DNA of 64,000 nt from Scenedesmus sp. PABB004 (GCA_014905635.1 JABVCE010000028.1:310001-374000); one strand, 5' to 3'. Counted from the stretch's first letter, positions 21,910-37,320 are shown. A program made the numbers and translations. The notes: generated by a model from the sequence alone, not told the origin.

Positions 21910-23599
21910 TCACCGCTGCTGCTGCGACAGCCCCGCCAGCTGCGCGCGGCCGGCGTCGACCAGGCTGCCCGCGGGCGCGGCCTGGCGCGCGGCAGTGCTG
22001 GTCCCCGCCGCCCAGCGCCCGTAGTCCGTGGCCAGCAGCTGGAGAAAGCTGGGCAGCAGCGCCTGCATGACCAGGCGCGCCACCAGGCCCGCCGTGCTGC
22101 TCAGCAGCGGGCCGGGCACGATGCTCAGCGGGTGCGGCAGGCGCAGCGTCATCGCGAGCTTGACCTTGCACGCGAGCGTGCTGCCGCGCCGCCACGCGCG
22201 GCCCGGCGCCTCCGCCGACGCGGCGCCGGCGCCGGCGGCGGGTGCGCCCCCGTCGGCCGTGACGTCGGCGTCGAGGCCCGCGAGCGCCGCCGCCGCGGCC
22301 GCGCCGGCGTCCGCCGGGTCCAGCGCCGCCGCGAGCGGCACGGCCGGCGCCTTGACGCGGCTCGTGAGCGTGGCGAGCAGGTCGACCTTGAACTCCGCGT
22401 CGAACGTCGGGTCGCCCACGACCAGCCGGCTCGCGCGAAACTTGACCTGCGGGCGCGCCAGCGGCGGCGCGCGGGCGTCGGGCGCGGCCCCCGCGCGCGC
22501 CGGCCAGCGGCGGCCAGCGCGGCGGCGCGGCTGCCCCCGCGGGCCCAGCAGCGCGCACCTGCGAGTGCGCGCGGTCGATGTCGACGCTGATCACGAGCAG
22601 CGGCTCGAGGTCCACGCCCAGCAGCTCGCGCATCGGGATGCGCAGCAGAAAGGCGCCGTCGGGCCCGGCGTCGCCGGCGGCCGCTGCTGCTGGCTCGCTT
22701 TCCACCGCCTGCTGCTGCTCCTGCGCCTGCACCTGCGCCTGCACCTGCTGCTGCTCCTGTTGCTGCTCCGGCTCCTGCTCCGGCTGCTGCTGCTCCGGCT
22801 GCGGCTGCTCCTGCAGCTCCCGCATCCTGGGCTCCAGGCTGGTTCCGCCATCGCCGCCACCGCCGCTGCCTTCCCTCGCCTGTTGCTGCTGCTGCTGCTG
22901 CTGCCGGCGCGCTGCCGCCGCTGCCTGTGCGGCCGCCTTGCGCGCCGCCTGCGCCGCGAGCAGCTCCGCAAGCGTGGCTTCGATGTCCGCGCCCGGCGGC
23001 AGGCGCGTGATCAGCGTTGGGTCCAGCACGGTGTACTGCTCGAGCGGGAGCGCCAGGTACGCGGGCAGCGAGCGCGCCAGCGCCTCGGCGGGCAGCGCCT
23101 CGGCGGCCTTGCCGTGGTGGTGGCGCTTCCCGTGCCGCGCGTGCTGCTTGGCGCCCGCATGGTCGCCGCCGTGCGGCGCCCCGTCGCCGTGCGGCGCGCC
23201 GTCGCCGTCGCCGCCGCCGGCGTGCAGCACCTCGGCGACGTCGACGCTGCTGGACGCCTTGGCGCTGAAGCTGATGAGCTTGCTCGGCCCGGCGCCGACC
23301 GGCAGTGCGCCCGCCTGCGCCGCGCCGCCGCCGCTCGCGCCGGGGCGGCGCCGGCCGGCGGCGCCGAGGATCTTGTTGATGGCCCCCAGAGCGACCTCCA
23401 GCGCCGCGACGCCGGCGCGGTCGGGCTGCGCCCGCAGCGGCGCGATCGCACGGCGTGCCGCAGCAGGCCAGCCGCCGGGCGGCCGCCAGCGGCGCGCCGC
23501 CGCCGGCGGCGGCTGGGCGCACGCGCCGCCGCGCCTGGCCGACGCGCTGCTGCCACGCTGCGGGCCGAGCCCGGCCCTGTGCCTGGCCGCGGGCAGCAT
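21910..23599 (-). CDS. DUF1997-family protein, probably plastid-targeted; 2 exons
   Basis: YLALPLEQYTVLDP, FLLRIP..LLGVDLEP, LRLPHPLSIVPGPLL, MQALLPSFLQLLATDYGRWA. Intron 22447-22558. Gln-rich insertion. Confidence 0.75.
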
Positions 23600-23951
23600 G
23601 GCCGCGATCGCGGGGCGCCGCGCCCTGCGCCGCTGCTGCCGCCGCTGCCGGCTGGGTGCGCCGCCGCCGGGCGCCGCCGCGGCCCGGTCGAGCGGCCTGG
23701 CGCGGCCGGTGGAGTGCCCTGGCGAGGCGGCACCGAGAACAGAGACCTTAGCAGCCTGGAGGGTTTTTTTTCGGTGGGGTTTTCGGCTGCTCTCCCCGCC
23801 GTGCACAGGCCGCGCCCGCGGGCCGCCGCCCCCCAAACCGCGACAGACACCGGCCCCCGCACACCCGACCACCCGCCGGACCGCGTCCGGCCGGCAGGCG
23901 CGGCCACCACCCTCTGCTGCTGCGGCGCGGCGGCGCGCGCGGGCACGCAGC

Positions 23952-25739
<1,788 letters not shown>

Positions 25740-25825
25740 GCGCGGCGGCGGCTGCGGCAGACCGGCGGCTGGGGCGCGCGCGGCGGCGGGCGGTCGATCG
25801 AGAGGGGCGGCCTGGCGCACGTGCA

Positions 25826-25830
25826 TGTAA
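25826..25830 (+). terminator. Candidate TGTAA poly(A) signal of NAGK
   Basis: TGTAA 87 nt after the stop. Confidence 0.6.
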
Positions 25831-26026
25831 CGCCAACCCCAAAACCGCGCCGCCCGGACGCACACGACGGGCCCCGCCGTCCAGGACAGTCCGGGTCTGC
25901 GCCGCGCCGTGCGTGGGCAGAGGGGACCGCGAGCGCCGGGGGCTCTTCCGCGCGGCGCGGCGCGGCGCCGAGCGCAGCAGCGGCGGCGCGCGCCGACCAC
26001 GTCCCAATCACCGGCGGTTGGGCGGC

Positions 26027-28206
26027 ATGGCGGCGATCATGGACACCGTGAACCGCTTCCGGAAGCTGGAGGAGGCCACGGCGCCCAAGGACGACCCTGC
26101 GCCGGGTGCGTGGGATGGCGCTTCTTTGGCGCGCCCCTCCCGCGCCCGCCCACGCCCGCCGCGCCCGGGCGGGGACGCCCCGCAGTCTACCTGCTGGATG
26201 AAATCGCGGAGCTGTCGCGGCAGAGCCCTGAGGGCGCCCAGGCGATCGCGGACGCGGTGCTGAAAAAGCTGGGCGCCAAGAGCCCGGTCGTCAAGTTCAA
26301 GGCACGGCCCCCCGCGCGGCGCCGCCGCGCCCAGACCTGGCCCACAGCGCGCCCCTCACGCCCCGCGCGGCCGCCGGGCGCAGGCGCTGCGGATCATCAA
26401 GCACCTCTGCACCAAGGGCTGCGCGCAGTTCCAGCGCTGCATGCAGCGCAACTCCTCCGCCGTCAGGCGCGGCGGCGCCCGCCGGCTGCGGCGGCGCGCC
26501 GGCCCTGTCGCGACCGCCCGCGGCGCCCGCACGTGCAGCGCCGGCCGCGCGCGCGCCCGGGCGCGCCCGAAGCGCGCCGACCGCGCCGCCGTTGCCGCCG
26601 CCGCGCCGCGCAGGGAGCTCATCCACTGGCGCGGCGAGCCCGACCCGTTCAAGGGCGACGTGCCCAACGCGCGCGTGCGGGAGTTTGCCAAGGAGGTGGT
26701 GGAGGTGCTGTTCAACGCGGCGCCCCCGACCAACGCGGCGGCCAAAAACACGCTCGCCGCGCAGGTGCGCCCGCGTGCTCGCGCGCGGGGGCCGCCTCGC
26801 GTCGCCGCGCGGCGGGGCGCCGCGTCGCCGACCCCCCGGCCGCACCACGGCCATGCCGCGGCCGCAGGGCAAGATCCAGGGCTTCGGCAGCGCCGGCTCC
26901 GCGGAGCCCAGCAGCTATGGAGGCATCGGCAGCAGCAGCGGGCAGCACCACGGCGGCTTCCGTGCCAGCGGCGGCGGCGGCGGCGGCGGCTTTGCCGCGG
27001 CGCAGCAGGCCGCCTCGCAGCTCTCCGCCGCGGCGCAGCAGGCGCTCGGGGACGGGCCGATCGCCGCGGGCATCGCGAGCGCCGCCAACGTGCTGGGCGG
27101 GCTGCTGCAGCCCGCGGGCTACGGCAGCCGCCTGAATGTGAGCGCCGCCGCGGTGCCGCGGCGCCGCCTCGCGGCGGCGCGGCGCTCGGCCGCTCGTCTG
27201 ACGCGCGCCGCCGCTCGCAGGAGGGGTACCGCGAATCCGGGGAATCGTTCGGCGGCTACGCCGGCGCGAGCAGCTACTCGGCGCCCGCCGTCACGCCCGC
27301 GCAGGCGCGGCGCCGGCGGCTCGCGGCGCGGCGCTGCGTGCCCGTGCCGCGCGGGGCCGTCGCCGCCGGCGCCGGCGCGGCCCGGCCGCCGACGCGCCGG
27401 CGCTTCGCGCAGGTCCTCGGGAGCGAGGAGGCGCTGGTGGATGACATCACCACCCCCGGCGGGCTGCGCCCGCTGCCGGACGCGGCCGACCTGCGGCGCT
27501 TCGTCGACACCGCGAGCAGCATGGACGGGCTGCGCCTGGCCGAGCTGCTGCGGGAGAAGATGGTGCGCCCGCGCCGTGCGCCGCGTGCCGCCCGCGCCGC
27601 GCCGCGCCGCTTGGCGCCCACCGCCGCGCCCGCGCCACGCGCCCGCGCGCAGGAAGGCGGTCGCTGGCAGGTCGCGCTGCGTGCGCTCGCGGCGCTCGAG
27701 GCGCTGCTGCAGCGCGGGTCGACGCAGGCGTGCGGCGAGGTGGCGGTGATGTTCCAGAGCGACCCGCAGCCCGTTCGGGCGTGCCTGGCCTCGCCGCAGG
27801 CGCAGGTCGCGCAGCGCGCCGCTGCGGTGCTCAAGCTGCTGCTGGGCGAGGAGGCGGCGCCGCCAGCGGTCGGCGGCGGCCGGCCGGCCGGCGGCGCCGC
27901 GGCAGCAGCCAGGGCGCCGGTCGCGGACCTGCTGATCGATGACGGCCCGGGACCTGAGCCGGCGGCAGCGGCCCCGGCCCCGGCCGCCAGCGGCATCGAC
28001 CTGCTGGGCGACCTGGCCGCCCCCACGCCGGCGGCGCCGGCAGCGGCGGCAGCGGCGGCGGCGGCAGCGCCGGCGCGCGGCGGCGGCGCGGACGACCTCT
28101 TTGGTGGCCTCGCCGCGCCGGCCGCGGCGCAGCCCGCTGCGGCGGGCGGGGTCGACATGTTTGGCGGCCTGACGGTCGCCGCCCCGGCGGCGGCCGCCGC
28201 CCCAGT

Positions 28207-28237
<31 letters not shown>

Positions 28238-28889
28238 CCCGCGGCCGCGGCGCCGGCGGCCGCCGCGCCGGACAAGGCCTTGGCGCCGCTGGACGAGCTG
28301 TTCAGTGGCCTGTCCGCGAGCAGCGACGCCAACCTGCTCGGCCTGAGCTCGCCCGTGGCGCCGTCGCTGGGCGCGCTCGGCGGCGCGGGGCTCGGCGGCC
28401 GGCCGGCGCGGCCGCAGCCGCAGCCGCAGGCCGACCTGCTCGGCAGCCCCACGCCGCTGCAGCCGCTCGCGCACCTCGGCGCGCTCGGCAACGGCGCGGC
28501 CCCGCTGCAGGCGCAGCTCGGCCCGCCCGGCGGCGCGGGCGCGCTGCACGGCGGCCCGGGCGCGCTGCACGGCGCGCCGCACGGCGCGCCGCCCGCGTGG
28601 CCCGCCGCCGCCGACGCGCACCACGCGCCGCACGGCGCGCCGCTCGCGCCCGCGGCGGGCGGCTCGGGCGCGTGGCGGGGGCACGACGACGTGTCCAACC
28701 TCATGCGCCAGGTGCGGGCTGGATGCGTGGGCGCGCCCGGCGCGCGCGCGTGCCCGGCGCTGCGCCGCGCCCGGCGCGCGCGCGCCCGCCGAGCGCGCCG
28801 GCCGCGAACCCGCGCGCCCGCAGGTCGGCTCGGGCGGGCGGTACGACCCCGCGTTTGACTTTGTGGCCGACGAGTTCAAGAAGCGCTGA
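26027..28889 (+). CDS. Tepsin / MTV1-like AP-4 accessory protein (ENTH plus second VHS-like domain)
   Basis: ATAPKDDPAP|VYLLDEIA, SPVVKFK|ALRIIKHL, WRGEPDPFKGDVPNARVRE, KIQGFGS, LVDDITTPGGLR, LFGGL/MFGGL/LFSGL motifs, C-terminal AFDFVADEFKKR. Confidence 0.85.
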
Positions 28890-29153
28890 GCGCGTGTGCC
28901 GGCGGGCGGCGCCGTGCGCGGCGCGGCGCAGCGCGGCCTCGCCCGCGCCACCCGCGGCGGCAGCGGGGCGGCGATCGCAGCGGAGGCCCGCGCGGCCGGC
29001 ACGCGCGTTGCGGGGGCGAGGTCGCGAGGCGACCGCGACGCCGAGTCCTGCGGTTCACGATCGCGCCGGCCCCCTCGCGACAATCCGGGCGCTGCCGGCG
29101 CGCCCACACCTTCCTCTCGCGCCCTCCTCAACGCCCCCAGCCAGCCCGCAGCC

Positions 29154-29839
29154 ATGGCCGCGCTCGCCAACAAGACCGCCCTCGGCGCCGCGGCCTGCAG
29201 CAGGAGCGCCGTCGTGCGCGTCGCCGCGCCCCGCCCGGCGCTGGTGGCGGCCGCCAGGCCGTCCGCGAGGTGGGGCGCTGCGCGCGGCCTGCAATGGCGC
29301 CCCGCCGAGCGCGGCAGCGCCCCGCATCGCTGCGCGTGCGCGGGGTCGCGCCCACCGCGCCCGCCGCCCCGCGCAGGGCCGCGCCCAAGGTCGCCGCCCG
29401 CCGCGATGCCGTGGTGAGCAAGGCGCTGCCCATGGAGGTCGCCATGGTGGCCGACGAGGCCGGCTTCATCGGGGGCGTGGCTCTGACCATGACCGCCATC
29501 ACGCTCCTGGTGAGCGGGGGGAGCGCCCCGGCGCCGGCACGCCGCTCCCGGCCGGGCCGGCCGGGCGCCAGGCGGCCGCGGCTCGGCGCGGCGCGGCGGC
29601 GGCGGCGCGGCAGCAGCGATCGCGGCGCCGGCGTGGGCCGCGTCCGCGCCAGGGGCCTGCAGCCGGCGCCTGCCTCCGAGCACCACAGCTGCGCCGCCGC
29701 GCGCTGGCGGCGAGCCCGGCCAACGCGGAGCCGCGCCGCCGCGCGCGCCGACCCTTTCGCGCCGCCCGCCGCGCAGGGCCTGGCCATCGGCTTTGTGCTG
29801 CTGCGCGTGGAGGGCCTGGTCGAGGAGGGCAAGCTGTGA
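29154..29839 (+). CDS. PETM: Cytochrome b6f complex subunit PetM precursor; 3 exons
   Basis: Transit peptide, then EAGFIGGVALTMTAITLL|GLAIGFVLLRVEGLVEEGKL. Confidence 0.93.
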
Positions 29840-30699
29840 GCTGCGCCGCGTCTGGTGCAGCGCGCGTGCGCGCACTGCGTGGCGTGCGGCGTTCAGCAGC
29901 CGGCGCGGCGGCGCGCGCGCGGGGACCGCAGCAGCGGCGGCGATCCCCGCGCGCGCCGCTGCGCCGGCTGCTGCAGCTTGGGAGCTGAGGCGGGAGGCGC
30001 GGGCGGGCGGGGCGAGCCTGGCTGCAGCGACCTGCAGCCGCGCGCCCGCGCCCGCGCGTGCCAGCCGGCGGGGCGCGGCCGCCGCCGCAGCAGCGCGGCG
30101 CTGGCGGGCGCGTCGGCGCCGAGCTGTGCGCGCTGGGTGGTTGGCGGCTCGCCAGGTTTTGGGCAGCGGCACGCGCGTGCGCAGCTGCTGCAGCCGCAGC
30201 GGTGCCCGTGCACCGCGCGTGCGCGCGTGCGGACGGAGGGGCGTGTGCAGCGGATGCTCGAGTGTTGTGCGGCTCGCCAGCTGCCGTCAGGCACCTCCTG
30301 GAAAGCTGAGCGCGTGTGTGTGTGTGCGCTGTGCCGGCGGCAGCGCCTGGCACACGCCGCCGCCAGCGTGGGTGCGCTGTGAACGAGCAGGGTAACCAGC
30401 TGGCAGGCGTGCGGGGCCGACGATTGCCGCAGACCGCCGCAGCCGCACGCAGGCGACAGGCCCAGCCCATGGGCAGGCAGCTCTGGGAGGCCACCGACCA
30501 CGTGCAGCAGCCGAGTGGGCGGGCGCGCGCGCGCGGCAGCGGCGCGCACGCCGGGCGGCGGCGCCGATCTGGGCGCCATCGCCGGGTGCCTCGCGCCGTC
30601 CGCTGGCTGCTCTGTGGGTCGCCCCAGGCGTGCCTGCTGCCAGCAGGCCGGGCGGGCTGCCCACCCCTGTCGGGCGCGCGGGAGGGAGGGGGCCCCGCT

Positions 30700-30731
<32 letters not shown>

Positions 30732-32433
30732 GCGCGGCGCGCCTGACCGCGCCCGCCCGCCGGCGTCTCAGGCGGCTTGCTCTGGGACTGCCTGCTGCTC
30801 AGTGCGCCGTCGCGGGCGCCCTCCGCGCCGTTCAACGCGGCTTTGACTCCGGCTGCTGCCGGCCCCGTCGCGGCGCGCGCGCCGGGCTGGCGCCTGCCCG
30901 GGGCTACGCGGGCGCCTCGTACGGGCCGTGGCGGCGCGTGGGACGCGTTTTGGACCATCTAGCAGAAGATCAGATATCGGCCCTGCCGCTTCAAGTCGCG
31001 GCGCTCCCCCGCTACTTAGCCGCCCGCACGCCCGGCGCCCGGTGTCTGAAGCTGATCCCAGCCCTCCACCCAGCTTCTCTCCACCACACAAGCCCCACTC
31101 AACCACCATGGCGTTCGCCGTCAAGAGCCTGGCCGGCAAGGCCGCCGTGGCCCGCCCCGTGCGCGGCGCCAAGGTGCGAGGGCGCGCTCCCTGCGCCGCT
31201 GCCGACGCGTCGCGCCGCGCCGCGAGGCCGCGCGCGCCCGGGCAGGCCCCAGCGCGGCCCGCGCATGCCGCGCTCACCCCGCCCGCCCCGCGCCCCGCCG
31301 CGCCCCGCCAGGTGTCCACCGTGGTGCCCCGCGCCGCCATCGAGTGGTACGGCCCCGACCGCCCGAAGTTCCTCGGTGAGGCACGCCTGGCGCGCCCCGG
31401 AGCCGCGTGGGGCGCGCGCGCCCGCGCGTGTGCGCGATCCGCGGCGCGGCGCGCCCGATCTGGTCGGGATCTTGTGTCGCAGCGCTCCTCGCGCGGCCGC
31501 AGCGCGCCGCGCTCGCCCGGTCGACTGGTGCGCACAGGTCTGATCGCCGGGCTGTCCCGCCCCGCCCTCCCCTGCGCAGGCCCCTTCTCCGAGGGCGACA
31601 CCCCCGCCTACCTGACGGGCGAGTTCCCCGGTGACTACGGCTGGGACACCGCCGGCCTGTCCGCCGACCCCCAGACCTTCGCCAAGTACAGGGAGATCGA
31701 GGTCATCCACGCCCGCTGGGCCATGCTCGGCGCCCTGGGCTGCGTGACCCCCGAGCTCCTGGCCAAGAACGGCGTGCCGTTCGGTGAGGCCGTGTGGTTC
31801 AAGGCCGGCGCCCAGATCTTCCAGGACGGCGGCCTCAACTACCTGGGCAACGAGAACCTCGTGCACGCCCAGAGCATCCTCGCCACCCTGGCCATCCAGG
31901 TGCGGAGCGCGCTGCGGCGCCGCCAGCAGCGCGCGCGCGCTGGCCAGCAGCCGGCAGCCAGCAGAGGCACGGCGGCGCGCGCGCGCGGCAGCAGCCAGCG
32001 CAGCGCGCGCGCGGCGCTCGCTGCTGTTCAGTCCTGACCGAGCCGCCGCTGACGCGCGCGCTGCCCCTGCCGCCGCCCTGCCACGCAGGTGCTGCTGATG
32101 GGCGCGGCCGAGAGCTACCGCGCCAACGGCGGTGCCCCCGGCGGCTTCGGCGAGGACCTGGACAGCCTCTACCCCGGCGGCGCGTTCGACCCCCTCGGCC
32201 TGGCTGACGACCCCGACACCCTGGCCGAGCTCAAGGTGAAGGAGATCAAGAACGGCCGCCTCGCCATGTTCAGCATGTTCGGCTTCTTCGTGCAGGCGAT
32301 TGTCACCGGCCAGGGCCCCATCGCCAACCTGGACGCCCACCTGGCGGACCCCTCCGGCAGCAACGCCTGGAACTACGCCACCAAGTTCGTGCCCGGCAAC
32401 TAAGCGCCCGGCCGACGACGCTGCTGCTGCTGC
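29762..32433 (+). repeat. 2.67-kb inverted repeat, right arm (partner 16931-19603)
   Basis: Starts in the last PETM intron and ends 30 nt after the LHCBM stop, in a (GCT)n run. Confidence 0.95.
31108..32403 (+). CDS. LHCBM: Major light-harvesting chlorophyll a/b-binding protein, copy C; 4 exons
   Basis: Same as copy A apart from a few substitutions (LAIQ versus LAVQ). Confidence 0.97.
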
Positions 32434-32604
32434 GGGCCCCGGGGCGGCGCGGGCGGCGGCTGCAGGCGCAGCCGCCCGCCCGGCCTGCTGCTTGTACAAC
32501 ATCGCACACAATCGCGGTGGCGCGTGTACACTGATGCATTCGCGATCGCGCCCTGCGTCGTGCGCGGGGCGCGAGTCGTGGCGTTTTGCGCGTAGTTGGG
32601 AGTG

Positions 32605-32609
32605 TGTAA
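32605..32609 (+). terminator. Candidate TGTAA poly(A) signal of LHCBM copy C
   Basis: TGTAA about 200 nt after the stop. Confidence 0.55.
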
Positions 32610-32997
32610 AGGCTCTGTGCCGGCACGGCGGCAAGGCTCCGCGCGCAGCGGCGACTGGGGGGGGGGGGGGGGGGGGCAGCAGCAGGGGTTCACCGCCGCG
32701 GCCCGGCAGCACCAGCCAGCTGCACGGGCGTGCAGTCACAGCCCGCCTCTCCTCTCAGCACCGCCCAGAGCCGCCCCTGCGTCCCAACATCAGCCGCTGC
32801 GCCGCCGCTCCTGCTGCTGCTGCGCCCCGCGCGTGCAGGCGGCCCCACCGCCGCGGCTCCGAGCGTGGGGCTGCCTGATCCTGTCTTGGGGTGCTGACCC
32901 CAGGCCGGGCCGCAGCGCAGCTGCGCGCCAGGGGGCGCAGCAGATGGCCGCAACGTCAGGCCCCGCCTGATCGCGCCGTGCGCCTCCGCGGCGCGCC

Positions 32998-35900
32998 ATG
33001 ACCAGCACTGCGCTGGCCTCGCTGCGGGCGGATGCCGGTGAGCGGGCGCGACGACGGCTGCGGCGACGGCGCGGCGCGGCAGCAGCGGCGGCGCTCGCTG
33101 AGCGCGGCACCGCGCCGCAGTGAGCGACTGGGAGGCCTGCGGCGACAGCTTCTACTGCCAAGAGCACCTCTACGACCTGCACTGGCAGGATGTCGACCTG
33201 GAGGTGCAGCGGTGAGCGGCAGCGGCCTGCCTGCGCGCCCGCTCGCGGGGGGGCCCGCCGCGGCGGCGTCGACAGCCCCCGCCGCCGCGCGGCCGGCGCG
33301 CTGCGCGTGCTGCTGCCAAACACTGCGCCGCGCCGCGCCGCAGCGTCGCGGCCGCGCCGTTTGGCGGGCCGCTGGCGGTCATGCGGGACGAGTCGGCGCT
33401 GGTCGTTGTGCCGCGCGGCGCGCCCGCGGGCGGCCGGCCGGTCGTGCGCATCTTCAGCGCGGCCGGCGCGCTGCTAGGGTCTTTCCTGTGGGAGGGCGCG
33501 CGGCTCGCGGGCTGGGGCTGGAGCGCAGAGCTCGAGCTCGTGATGGTCGACGCCGCCGGCAAGGTGGGGCCGCGCCGCGCCGGCGGCGCCGCCCGCGCCC
33601 GCCCGCCCACGCGCGCGCGCTGCTCGCGCGGCCGAGCGGCCGCGGCGCCTCTGAGTGGCCGCGGCGCGCGCCGCGCGGTGCCGGCAGGTCTACTTCTACT
33701 CCTTGCACGGCGAGTGCCTGGCCAAGCAGGTGGGCCCGGCACGCCGCACGGCACGCCTCGCGCGGCGGCGGCCCGCCGCCGCCGCAGCGGCGCGCGCCCC
33801 CGCCCGACCCGACCCGCCGCGCGGCGCGCCGCCGCCGCGCGCAGGTGAGCTTTGGGCCAGAGGTCGAGGCGGAGGGCGTGTCGCACGTCGCGCTGTACCC
33901 GGACGGCCTGGTGGTGCTCGGCGCGGCGAGCGGGCAGCTCTGGGCGGTCGTGGGCCTGGCGGCGCCGCGCGCGGCGCGCCTGCCGCGCGTGCCGGGCCTG
34001 GACGAGGCTGCCGCCGGCGGCGGCGGCGCCGACGGCGCCGGCGGCGGCGTGTGCCTTGGCATTCTGGAGCCGCGCTTCACCCTCAGCGGCGGCCTGGAGG
34101 TGCGGCGCCGGCGGCGGCGGCGGCAGGGGCGGCGCAGGGCGCCGCGGCGCGCTGGCTGGCGGCGATCTCCGCCCGTGGACGCCCGCCCGCGCCCGCGCCG
34201 CCGCGGCAGGTGCTGGTCGCGTGCGGGGAGACGGTGTGGACGGTCGACGACCACCGCGCGACCGACTCGCCGCTGCCGCCCGGCTGCGGCGGCGTGGCGG
34301 GGCTCGCGGTCGCGCCGAGCGGCACGTTTGTCGCGCTCGCCTGCGGCGACGGCCGGCTGCGTGTCATGTCGAGCGGTGCAGCCCCGCGCGCCGCGCGCTG
34401 CGCGCCGCGCCGCGGGCGGGCGGGCCGGGCCCGGCCGCGGCGGCGCGGGCCGCCGACGCTGCCCGCAGCACATGCCGGCGGCGCCCCGCTCCCCGCCCCA
34501 CCATGCCCTGCCGCTGCCCCGTCCCCTCCCTCCCCCCTGCCCTCCCCCCTCTCAGACTTCAGCCAGCAGCTTTGTGAGTTCGACACCAACAGCGTCGCGC
34601 CGACGTCGCTCGCGTGGTGCGGCGTGGACGCGGTGGCGCTCGCGTGGGCGGGCCTGCTGCTGCTCGTCGGGCCGACGGGCGAGTGGCAGCGCCTGCCCTG
34701 CGCGCCGGGCTGCGTGCTGGTCAGCGAGGTCGACGGCCTGCGCATGGTGGACGCCGGCGCTATGAGCCTGCTGCGGCGCGTGCCGGACCCGCTGGTGCAG
34801 GTGCGCCCGCGCCCCGCGTGCCGGCGTACGGGTCCCGCAGCGGCGGCGGCGCCGCCGGCCGCTGCCGGCCCAGCGCCGGGGCGGCGTGCCCGCCGCATTG
34901 ACCAGCCGGCCGCGCGCGGCTGACGCGCTGCTGCGCGCCGCGGCGCGCGCCCCCGCTCCCCCCGCGGCGCAGGCGTACCCGCCGGGCAGCACCGCGCCGC
35001 CCGCGCAGCTGCTGGACGCCCGGGACCTGTTCGACTCTGGCAGCGCCCGCGCCGACCGGCTGCTGCGCCAGCTCGGGCCGGCGCTGCCGCAGGCGGTCGA
35101 GGCGTGCGCGGCGGGCGCAGGCCTGGAGCTGGTGGTGCCGCGGCAGCGCGCGCTGCTGCGCGCGGCGGTGTTTGGCCGCGCATTCGCGCCGAGCGTGCCG
35201 CCGGGTGCGAGCGCCGCGCCGTGCGCGCCGCGCTGCCGCCGCGCCGCCGTGTCCGCCCGTCTCACCGCCGCCGCGCCGCCGCACCGCCGCCGCCAGGCCT
35301 GCTGCGCGAGACCGCGTTGAAGCTGCGCGTGCTCAACGCGCTGCGCGAGCCCAAGGTCGGCGCGGCGCCGGCGCGCGGCGGCGCGCGTGGGCAGGCGAAC
35401 CGCCGCCGGCTCTGCGCACACGGCCTCACCCCCCCCCCCCCCCCATTTCGCCTGGTGCTGCCCACCAGGTCGGCCTGCCCCTGACCATGCCCCAGCTAGA
35501 GGCGCTCACGCTGCCGGTCGTGGTGGGCCGGCTCGTGGCGCTGCGGCAGCACCTGCTCGCGTACCGCATCGCCGAGGCGCTCGGCACGGGGCAGCAGGAG
35601 GTGCTGCTCGCGTGGGCGTGCGCCAAGATCAGCGCCAGCCCCACCCTGCAGGACGGACCGCTCAAGGAGGCGGTCGCCGCCAAGATGGGGCGCCTCCCGC
35701 GGCCGCGCTACGCGCCGCTCGCCGCGCACGCGCAGGCGCGGCGCGCCGCCGCCGCCGCACGCTGCGCCCCCGGCCGCGCGCGCCTGCGGGGGCGCTCACG
35801 CCTGCGCCCGCGCGCGCGCGCCGCCGCCGTCGCCACCACGACCGCCTCCGCCGCCGCGGCGCAGGCGCTCGGCCGGCGCTCGCTCGCGATCAAGCTGCTG

Positions 35901-37312
35901 GAGGAGGAGCCCTCCCCTGCGGCGCAGGTCCCGCTGCTGCTCTCGCTCGCCAGGACGGGCGCCGGCGGTGGCGGCGGCGGCCACGGCGCGCCGCCGCCGC
36001 TGGGCGGCGACCCGGCCGACGACACGCTCGGCGCCGCGCTGCGCAAGGCGGTCGAGAGCGGTGACCCTGACCTGGTGCACCTCGCGCTGTTCGAGGCGTA
36101 CCGCGCGCGCCCGCTGCCAGAGTTTTGGGCCCTCGTCTCGCCGCGCGCGCCGGCGCGCAACCTCTTCGCCAAGTTCACGCGCCTCAAGGTCCGCCGGGGG
36201 CCCGATCCCTAACCCCTGCCCGGCCCCTGCCGGCCTGCTGCTTTGTGCGCCGCGCCGCGCAGCGCCCGCGCCGCGCCGCGCCGGTCGCCGCGCCCAACCC
36301 GCCGCCGCGCCCGTGCGGCCTCGTGGCCGCGCGCCTCGCAGGACCCTGAGCTGCTGGAGACGCTATACGTCACGCAGCACCTCAACGCGGAGGCCGGTGA
36401 GCTCGCGCTCGAGGGCGCGCTCCGCCAGCTCGTGCCGAGCGGCGGCGGCGCGCCCGGCGGCGCGGGCCGGCCGGACGACGCCGCCGTGGCGGCCTGCATC
36501 TCCGGCTTGCAGGCGGCGGGGCACAAGTTTGGGCAGGTGTGGCCAGGCGCCGCGGCGGCCGCGGCGGCTGCGCCGTGTGCATCGCCGCGCGCAGTGCGCG
36601 CCGCCGCGCATCTCACACGCGTCGGCGCGCCGCGCGCAGTGCAAGGAGCTCGCCTGGCAGGCCAAGGCCGCCGCCGAGGCGGCTGCGCTGCTCAAGGAGC
36701 AGGTACGGCTCGAGCGCGACACGGGGCAGGCGCTCTTTGTGGGCCTCCCGCTCGCCGACACGGTCGGCCTGTGCCTGCGCCTCGGGCACGCGCGCGCGGC
36801 CGCGGGGCTGCGCAAGTCGTTTGGCGTGCCCGAGCCGCGCTGGTACTGGATCAAGCTCCGCGCGCTCGCCGCGGCGCACGACTGGGACGCGCTGGACGCG
36901 TGGCTGGGAGAGAAGCGCAGCCCCATCGGCTGGGAGCCCTTCGTGCGCGAGGCGACCGCGGCGGGCGCGCCGCGCGAGGCGCTCGCGCGGTGCGCGGCCG
37001 TGCGGGGCTGCGCCGGCGGCGGCGCGCGTGGCCCGCGCGCCCCGCACCCCTCGCCCGCCCGCGCGCGCCGCGCTCGCGCCCGCGCAAGGCGCAGATCGGC
37101 CCCGCCGCGCCCGCAGGCTCATCTCGCGCGCGCCCGACTGCCGGGCCAAGGCCGACGCGTTCGAGGCGGCGGGCTGCCCGCGCGAGGCGGCCGAGGTCGC
37201 GGCCAAGCTGCGCGACGGCGACCTGCTCGCGCGCATCGGCGGCGCGGTCGCGCCCAACTCGGCCGCAGGGCTCGCGATCGCGCAGCTGCGCGAGGCGTTC
37301 CAGGCGCGCTGA
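32998..37312 (+). CDS. VPS16: Vacuolar protein sorting 16 (HOPS/CORVET core subunit, VCL1-like); many exons
   Basis: DW...FY...LYDLHW, VAAAPFGGPLAVMRD, VRIFSAAG, LAWCGVDAV, LVSEVDGLRM, QRALLRAAVFGRAF, LRVLNALR, VGLPLT, AWACAKI, QVPLLL, KAVESGDPDLV, RSPIGWEPFV. Confidence 0.93.
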
Positions 37313-37320
37313 CGGATCGC

